From NCBI GenBank assembly GCA_964618265.1, contig CAZUAE010000014.1, positions 4-64,003 on the forward strand: DNA of 64,000 nt. The letters run 5' to 3'. The position numbers and the translations under genes were made by a program. Every line of letters begins with the position of its first letter. Positions within the stretch are counted from its first letter, which is position 1. Origin of the DNA: an uncultured Spirochaetales bacterium. GTDB lineage: Bacteria; Spirochaetota; Spirochaetia; CAYLLE01. Positions 58,329-64,000 of the stretch are shown one piece after another. The notes beneath the pieces are model-generated. The model was not told the origin of the DNA, made no database searches, and worked only from the letters and a program-made list of their open reading frames with translations.

Positions 58329-58434
58329 CATGTCATGCTTGGAATTCTCATTTTATTCGATTATTTTACGGCATTTTTTAGAAATCATTCCTCTTTCTGT
58401 TGCCTAAAGGTATAAAATGAGAATTCATCAGTAA

Positions 58435-59385
58435 TTACAAATTCCTTGATAAAAATGATTTAACACAATTATCAATACCGATATGGTTTTCCGGATGAAA
58501 CCACTGAACATCCGGCAAACGGCGGAAAAATGTAAGCTGCCGTTTCGCATACCGCCGGGTATTACGCTTTATATGCTCCTCAACGTCCCGACGGAGCATA
58601 CAACCTGTACCGGCATAAAGGTGAAACTCACGGTAGCCTATTCCTCTCATACCCGGATCTTTCCATGTTACTCCTCCTGCGAGAAGATTTTTCACTTCCT
58701 GGACTAAACCGCATTTGAACATCTCGTCAATACGGTCTTCTATCCTTCTGTACAAATCAGGCCTGGGTCGATTCAGACCGATGAGGAGAAAGGTATATTT
58801 CGATCGTTTTTTATCCGGCACCTTAAAACTGGAAAGAGGCTTTCCTGTTACTTCATAGACTTCCAAAGCTCTGGTAAGTCTGTAGACATCCCGTGATGAA
58901 ATTCGCTGAGCCGTATCAGGATCGATTTGAGAGAGTTCTTCAAAAAGCTTTTGTGAGCCTTCCCGGTTCAATCGAAGCTTAATACTTTCCCGGACTCGGC
59001 GGTTTGAGGGTGGAGCGCTGGAGATCCCGAATAGAAAATTCTTTATATAGAATGCCGTACCGCCTGATACAACGGGTATTTTATCCTTTTTTATTATTTC
59101 CGGTATTAGTATATCGGCTCTCTTTATAAATTCCCCCACATCATATTTCTCGTTTGGGGTTTTTATATCCACAAGATGATGCGGTATTTCAGACAAAACT
59201 GCGGATCGGGGCTTTGCGGTGCCGATATTCATCCCTCGGTAAACTTGAAGAGAATCGGCATTTATTACTTCTCCGCATCTTTTGAAGATTCGATTAATGA
59301 TTTCTGTTTTTCCTACTGCCGTCGGACCAAATAACAAAACGACCGGCAGAGGGAAAGCGGATTTATTCTTCCAGTTGGTATTCAA
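58435..59385 (-). CDS. miaA: tRNA dimethylallyltransferase
   Basis: P-loop GPTAVGKTE, characteristic ADSLQVYRGMNIGTAKP, 316 aa. Confidence 0.85.
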   Translation of the reverse strand: MNTNWKNKSAFPLPVVLLFGPTAVGKTEIINRIFKRCGEVINADSLQVYRGMNIGTAKPRSAVLSEIPHHLVDIKTPNEKYDVGEFIKRADILIPEIIKKDKIPVVSGGTAFYIKNFLFGISSAPPSNRRVRESIKLRLNREGSQKLFEELSQIDPDTAQRISSRDVYRLTRALEVYEVTGKPLSSFKVPDKKRSKYTFLLIGLNRPRPDLYRRIEDRIDEMFKCGLVQEVKNLLAGGVTWKDPGMRGIGYREFHLYAGTGCMLRRDVEEHIKRNTRRYAKRQLTFFRRLPDVQWFHPENHIGIDNCVKSFLSRNL

Positions 59386-59554
59386 CCTTCTTAGTTAAAA
59401 TCTGTTTGATAGCAGTAGATACTACTTTCCCTTCGTTTTCTTCAAGTTCTTCATCACCGGTTATAGATATTTGGTACGCCCGCCTTATGGCTGCACTCGT
59501 TACTTCGTATATGTTACCTTCATTGCCAATTAGTAGATCCATAGGAATAATCAT
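59363..59554 (-). CDS. rpoZ: Probable DNA-directed RNA polymerase omega subunit
   Basis: 63 aa. NIYEVTSAAIRRAYQI resembles the omega SKY.LV..AARRAR core. GGAG sits 9 nt upstream. Overlaps the miaA start by 23 nt. Confidence 0.45.
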   Translation of the reverse strand: MIIPMDLLIGNEGNIYEVTSAAIRRAYQISITGDEELEENEGKVVSTAIKQILTKKVEYQLEE

Positions 59555-59650
59555 CGGTATGTGCTCCAGTCTTTTTATTTAAGGATAGTATACATAATTT
59601 TTATACTAAATGTAAACAATCCCGGCACAGCAATTTCCGGCACCAGCAAG

Positions 59651-59689
59651 GGCAATTTTAAATTTGCATTATGCAATTGCCTTTTTACT
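59651..59689. repeat. Degenerate copy of the 58291 palindromic element: GGCAATT-ttaaatttgcattatgc-AATTGCC plus CTTTTTACT
   Basis: Position-wise ~84% identical to 58290..58328 including the identical tail AATTGCCTTTTTACT. Located in the cmk-rpoZ intergenic spacer. Confidence 0.55.
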
Positions 59690-59707
59690 AACGCAAAGCT
59701 TTTATAG

Positions 59708-60214
59708 TTATCCAAGTTTACTGACTATCAACTGAACTTCTTCATCTTGAGAAAATCGCTCAGTGTCGATAATGATGTCGGCAAAGCTATAATCATTATT
59801 ATCTATACCGTAAAGACGAAGATATCTATTTCTATCCCTTCTATCCCTTTCCAGAGTGCGTTTTAAAACATCTTCAAATCTTCCCCTTTCCCGTTGTTGT
59901 ATCCTCGAAGCTCTTACTTCCGGAGAAGCTGTAAGAAAAACCTTTACATCAGCATCTTCTAAAAGCCAGATAGCCAGACGGGATCCTAGTACAACATTAT
60001 CTCCCCGGGCAAGCTCAATCTGCCTTTTGTCCAGCAGCCGGTCCCATTTTTGATCTGTTTCCGCTAATTCACATAATTGCTGAAAAGGAATATTCAGTTC
60101 TTCGGCAAGGGTATGAAATGTATAGTTTACCATTCTATACCCTAGTTTATCAGCTGTCATCTTACTTATGGTGGTATTACCGCATCCGCTTTTTCCGGAA
60201 ATTGCAATCTTCAT
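59708..60214 (-). CDS. cmk: Cytidylate kinase (archaeal/type-2 Cmk family)
   Basis: P-loop ISGKSGCGNTT. 168 aa. Overall similarity to short CMP kinases. Confidence 0.65.
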   Translation of the reverse strand: MKIAISGKSGCGNTTISKMTADKLGYRMVNYTFHTLAEELNIPFQQLCELAETDQKWDRLLDKRQIELARGDNVVLGSRLAIWLLEDADVKVFLTASPEVRASRIQQRERGRFEDVLKRTLERDRRDRNRYLRLYGIDNNDYSFADIIIDTERFSQDEEVQLIVSKLG

Positions 60215-61077
60215 TCTATGTTCCTGAGCTGTTCTCTTATGTTTTCCACGGAATCCTTCATATTCACCACCATCATAGATACTTCACTCAGAATATTCTT
60301 GGACCCGATAGTATTTATCTCCCGGTTTATTTCCTGGCATAAGAAATCTAATTTTTTACCGATAGATTCATGAGAAGCAGTTATCTCCCTGAAGTTTGAA
60401 AAATGGGTTTCTAGTCTGTTTAACTCTTCATTAATAGTATACTTCATTAGGAGTACAGCTATTTCTGTATACATCCGCTGTTCATCAATATCCTGATCCA
60501 ACAGCTCTTTAAACCGCTGCTCAAGGTTTCCCCTTAAAAGCTGCTCAATCCGCGTTACATTCTGCTTTATTTTATGGTGATTTTCCTCTAGGGAGTCCAG
60601 TTCCCTCAAGATATCTTTCTCTGTTGCCTTTCCCTCGCTGATCCGTCCTTTTTCAACATCGCGATAAACATCTTCAAGGAGAGGGTATACAACCTCCCAA
60701 TATGATTCAACATCCCTAGTATGCTCAGTTTTTATGATATCCTCCATCCGTAAAAGATGTGAGATTCTGATTGCTTCATTAATCTGCGCCAAATCTGATA
60801 GACGGGTCAAGACATCTACATATGCATTAACAGCTGATTCATTTAATGATATTTCTAAATCGGTTCCCGCTTCCCTAATTCGCACATACACTTCAATTCG
60901 GCCGCGCCGCATATGGCTGTTCAGAAAATCCCTTATTCGCTGTTCCAAGGGATTTAAAAAAGGCGGTAGATTAATGACAATATCGAGGTATCTATTATTA
61001 TACGTCTTTATTTCCAGAATAAGATCCATTTTTTCATTCTGTTTTTCACCGTAACCGTATCCTGTCATACTTTTCAT
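60211..61077 (-). CDS. YicC family stress-induced protein
   Basis: N-terminal MKSMTGYGYGE is the YicC_N hallmark. 288 aa. Confidence 0.75.
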   Translation of the reverse strand: MKSMTGYGYGEKQNEKMDLILEIKTYNNRYLDIVINLPPFLNPLEQRIRDFLNSHMRRGRIEVYVRIREAGTDLEISLNESAVNAYVDVLTRLSDLAQINEAIRISHLLRMEDIIKTEHTRDVESYWEVVYPLLEDVYRDVEKGRISEGKATEKDILRELDSLEENHHKIKQNVTRIEQLLRGNLEQRFKELLDQDIDEQRMYTEIAVLLMKYTINEELNRLETHFSNFREITASHESIGKKLDFLCQEINREINTIGSKNILSEVSMMVVNMKDSVENIREQLRNIE

Positions 61078-61101
61078 GGTTAAATCCTTCCCGATAACAG
61101 A

Positions 61102-62538
61102 TTATGATAATTTTTCCTTAAGTTTTTTACCCAGCTTCCAATTATTACCTGCTCCAATAGTTAAAAATAGATCTTCTTCGCGGAGATACTGAGCAAGAAA
61201 AGAAAGCGCGTCCATAGGTTTTGGAAAAAAATACACCTCATTCCGGGTATTCCTAATAAGATTAAACAGTATCTCATCCAGTTCCGGATCTTTATTCTTC
61301 TCCTCCCTGGCTGAGGCATATATTTCATGGAGTATCAAGGCGTCAGCGTCTTTAAAGGCCGCGGCAAAATCATTTAGAAGGGCTTTGGTTCTGGAGTATG
61401 TATGGGGCATAAAATCAACTACAATCCGCCGGGTGGGAAAGAAACTTTTAAATCCCGCTATTGTCTTGGAAATGGCTGTCGGATGGTGTCCATAATCATC
61501 ATAAAACAGGACACCTTTTTCTTCACCGATTAACTCACTCCTTCTTCTTATCCCCCGAAATGATCTCAAGGCTTCTGCCGCATTATCAAATTTATCTTTA
61601 TATTCTATCCCTAAATATTGTGCTATTTCGATAGTCAATATAAAGGCGGCAGCAGCATCCAGTATTAAGTGCTCCCCGGGTTGCCCGATTTGGAAAAGCT
61701 TATCAATACCATAGAGACGAAAACAGTTGTATCCGGGTACAGATTTTTCCAGAATGATTCTGTAAGGTCCGGAAGCATGTTTTCCATACGGTATAAGCTT
61801 CAGATCGCCTCGTTGTTTCCGAACATCATTGATACAGGAAACAACACCGGGATTATCAGCACAGTAAATTACCGTTCCCTCTTGTTTAAGCCGGTATAGA
61901 AATGAACAGAAGGCGTCTTTTACATCATTATAGTCTTTGAAGTAATCAGGATGGTCCAGCTCTAAACTAGTCAGTACGGCCCACTCCGGATGATAATAAA
62001 GAAAATTACGGCGCCATTCACAGGTTTCTGTAACAAAAAATTTATCACCCCCGGAATAAACCGAATTCCCGTCGATATCGGGAACAGCTGTCGGCACCAG
62101 TACCGAACCGGGGAGACCAAAGGCTTTTACAAATATGCTGCTGAGTGCGGTAGTGGTAGTTTTTCCGTGAACGCCGGAAATACCTGCTGAAGGCTGGTTT
62201 TTGGAAATAGCTCCCAACGCTTCAGGATAGGCAGCAACAGGTATACCCAGCGCGGCCGCTGCTTTAAGCTCCGGATTGGTATCAGGGTCGTAGGCAGAAG
62301 AATGGATAAGCAGATCAAATCGCTTAGAAATATGTTCGTCTTCAAATCCTTCCTTGGGTATTATCTTAAGTTTTTGAAGCATCGCATCGGTGGGGAAAAC
62401 TTCCGGAGTGTCGGAACCTTCAACGTTGGCTCCGGCCTTTACCAGATATTCCGCAAGGGCAGCCATTCCTGTGCCCTTAATTCCGACCATGTAGATGTCA
62501 GTACCTTCAAACGAGACGGGAAAACGGGAAATATCCAT
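61102..62538 (-). CDS. murC: UDP-N-acetylmuramate--L-alanine ligase
   Basis: Mur ligase motifs GIKGTGMAALAE, GVHGKTTTTA, DDYGHHPT. 478 aa. Confidence 0.75.
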   Translation of the reverse strand: MDISRFPVSFEGTDIYMVGIKGTGMAALAEYLVKAGANVEGSDTPEVFPTDAMLQKLKIIPKEGFEDEHISKRFDLLIHSSAYDPDTNPELKAAAALGIPVAAYPEALGAISKNQPSAGISGVHGKTTTTALSSIFVKAFGLPGSVLVPTAVPDIDGNSVYSGGDKFFVTETCEWRRNFLYYHPEWAVLTSLELDHPDYFKDYNDVKDAFCSFLYRLKQEGTVIYCADNPGVVSCINDVRKQRGDLKLIPYGKHASGPYRIILEKSVPGYNCFRLYGIDKLFQIGQPGEHLILDAAAAFILTIEIAQYLGIEYKDKFDNAAEALRSFRGIRRRSELIGEEKGVLFYDDYGHHPTAISKTIAGFKSFFPTRRIVVDFMPHTYSRTKALLNDFAAAFKDADALILHEIYASAREEKNKDPELDEILFNLIRNTRNEVYFFPKPMDALSFLAQYLREEDLFLTIGAGNNWKLGKKLKEKLS

Positions 62539-62645
62539 GCAGTATCATACCTTTAGATCTTCTGTTTTTCAACTGTACCTCCTATGCAGTCTATACGTGT
62601 CAAGACTATGCAAAGAACATTCTGTAGGGTATTATCAGCCTCAGT

Positions 62646-63122
62646 ATGTCCGGTTCGCTTTATGCCGTTATGGCTGCATTATCACTTCTTCCCATATCCG
62701 AGTTGCGGGGTGCCATTCCTTTAGGTATAGCAAGGGGTGCACACTGGCTTCCTGTATACTTCTACTGCGTTTTCCTGAATGCTCTGATCGGTCCGGTGTT
62801 GTTTCTCTTTTTAGGTACATTGCACCGCTTATTTTACCGGGTCAAACCCTACAGGATAATTTTTGATAAAGTGATTATAAGAACCCGGCGAAAAATAGCC
62901 GGAAAAGTTGAAAAGTATGGTTACTTCGGAATCCTGCTTTTTGTAGCTATTCCTTTTCCTATAACCGGAGCATATACCGGTACATTGGGAGCCTGGGTTA
63001 TGGGATTAGAACCAAAAAAAACATTTATGGTGGTAGCCGGCGGAGTTTGCATATCCGGGATAATCGTTACCGTGGTTTCCCTCTTCGGTGTTGAAGCCTT
63101 ATCCTTCTTTATTAAGCATTGA
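62646..63122 (+). CDS. Small membrane protein (COG2426 / putative small multidrug export family)
   Basis: Four predicted TM helices, 158 aa. Start codon uncertain (weak RBS). Confidence 0.4.
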   Translation: MSGSLYAVMAALSLLPISELRGAIPLGIARGAHWLPVYFYCVFLNALIGPVLFLFLGTLHRLFYRVKPYRIIFDKVIIRTRRKIAGKVEKYGYFGILLFVAIPFPITGAYTGTLGAWVMGLEPKKTFMVVAGGVCISGIIVTVVSLFGVEALSFFIKH

Positions 63123-64000
63123 CATGGGAAACAGCATGATATTTCCAGAGGCAATATGGAAATTTATTGCTTCCCCCTCTCTATAGAGCATAGGCCTGCC
63201 GAATACTAATAAATCTATCTGCTTGCCATTCCAAGAAACCTTCAACATGCTTGAAGATCCGCGGTATTCCTTTCGCAGTATCTTTCCTCTGAAATAGTTG
63301 CCATCTGTCTTAAAAGATTTATCGACGGGAATACAATCTTCCGGTCGGAAAAAGACAGATACATCCTCTGAAACAGAACAACTTGTTTCGACAGTAACAA
63401 CTTGCTGATTAGAAAGACGAACCACGGTCAGATTATCACCGGTTCTACCGATAATTCTTCCGTCGAAAAAATTGGTTTCTCCGAGAAAAGTTGCCGCGAA
63501 AGGGCTTACAGGATTGCGGTAAAGATCTTCAGGAGTTCCATACTGAACAAGATTTCCGTCTGAAAGAAGTATTATCCGGTCCGAAAGAGTCAAAGCTTCT
63601 TCCTGATCGTGGGTCACGTAAATGGTTGTGATTCCCGTTTCCCGCTGTATCCGGTGTATCTCCTCTCGCAGGTATTGCCTCAGCTTTGTGTCTAGCGCGC
63701 TAAGGGGTTCATCAAGGAGCAGCAGCTTAGGATGCGCAGCCATTGCTCGGGCTAACGCGATTCTCTGCTTTTCACCCCCGGAGAGACTTGAAATTGTGCG
63801 CTTTTCCGTATTAGGGAGCCGGACTAAATCGAGATAACTGGTTATTCTTTCTTTTATCTCCTGCCTGCTGAGTTTTCTTGACCGGGGGCCGTAACCCACA
63901 TTTTTACCTACCGACAGATGCGGGAACAAAGCGTAATCCTGAAAAACCATTCCCACCTGACGGTCCTGAATTCTTAGTTCTGTTATATCTTTTCCTTCTA
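63099..64000 (-). CDS. ABC transporter ATP-binding protein (PotA-like polyamine/iron-type importer ATPase), 5' end outside window
   Basis: Signature LSGGEKQRIALARA, Walker B LLLLDEPLSALD, H-loop, C-terminal TOBE-like regulatory domain. The frame stays open upstream of the track start (…KDITELRIQDRQVGMVFQDYALFPH) to the window edge, so the gene is truncated at 64000. Confidence 0.8.
   Translation of the reverse strand, partial: EGKDITELRIQDRQVGMVFQDYALFPHLSVGKNVGYGPRSRKLSRQEIKERITSYLDLVRLPNTEKRTISSLSGGEKQRIALARAMAAHPKLLLLDEPLSALDTKLRQYLREEIHRIQRETGITTIYVTHDQEEALTLSDRIILLSDGNLVQYGTPEDLYRNPVSPFAATFLGETNFFDGRIIGRTGDNLTVVRLSNQQVVTVETSCSVSEDVSVFFRPEDCIPVDKSFKTDGNYFRGKILRKEYRGSSSMLKVSWNGKQIDLLVFGRPMLYREGEAINFHIASGNIMLFPMSMLNKEG

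Noticed and set aside
57753-58434. Possibility that the dxs-miaA gap encodes SRP RNA, RNase P RNA, tmRNA, a tRNA or a TPP riboswitch
   Set aside because: I found no match to the conserved cores I could check by eye. There is no GGUCCGGAAGGAAGCAGC-type SRP helix-8 motif, no RNase P P4 AGGAAAGUCCGGGC, no tRNA-like GGTTCGANTCC T-arm, and no tmRNA tag reading frame. There is also no CUGAGA TPP box. A generic sRNA remains possible (see findings).
1-64000. CRISPR arrays, integrase/transposase genes, prophage blocks, rRNA/tRNA genes
   Set aside because: No direct-repeat/spacer periodicity, no recombinase-like ORFs and no tRNA-like sequences were seen. All long ORFs have ordinary metabolic or housekeeping assignments.

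Overview
This 64 kb window is a chromosomal segment containing no rRNA/tRNA genes, CRISPR arrays, integrases or transposases. The gene content suggests a Spirochaetota (Treponema-like) origin, but this is inference only. The supporting genes are cdaA-cdaR, flgM, a carD/cdnL-like gene, a second EF-G paralog, and a giant OmpA-family protein with FlgD-Ig-like FSPNGDGxKD repeats. About 50 CDS are supported. The first ~36 kb looks accessory or niche-adaptive. It holds a GH-like protein, a TPR-GGDEF cyclase, a 1746-aa repeat-rich OmpA-anchored protein, treT, a Cys-type sulfatase, pepC, a glycyl-radical enzyme co-transcribed with an ADP-ribosylglycohydrolase-fold protein, an M19 dipeptidase with an MFS-HEAT fusion transporter, addBA, and a 969-aa glutamate dehydrogenase in an operon with nagA and a thrH-like gene. 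The last ~28 kb is core housekeeping: a fusA paralog, nth, ispDF, rsmI, mraY, fmt-def, priA, udg, truA, acpS, cdaR-cdaA-folP, dxs, miaA-rpoZ, cmk, yicC, murC. I found no canonical defence or mobile system. The most unusual features are an orphan glycyl-radical enzyme with an ADPRH-fold partner and no activase in the window, a family of three related AT-rich palindromic elements built on an ATTCTAAAT/ATTTAGAAT core, and a ~680-bp coding-free dxs-miaA gap with terminator-like hairpins in both orientations (a candidate sRNA locus). Motif coordinates read from the raw sequence may be off by ±1 nt.
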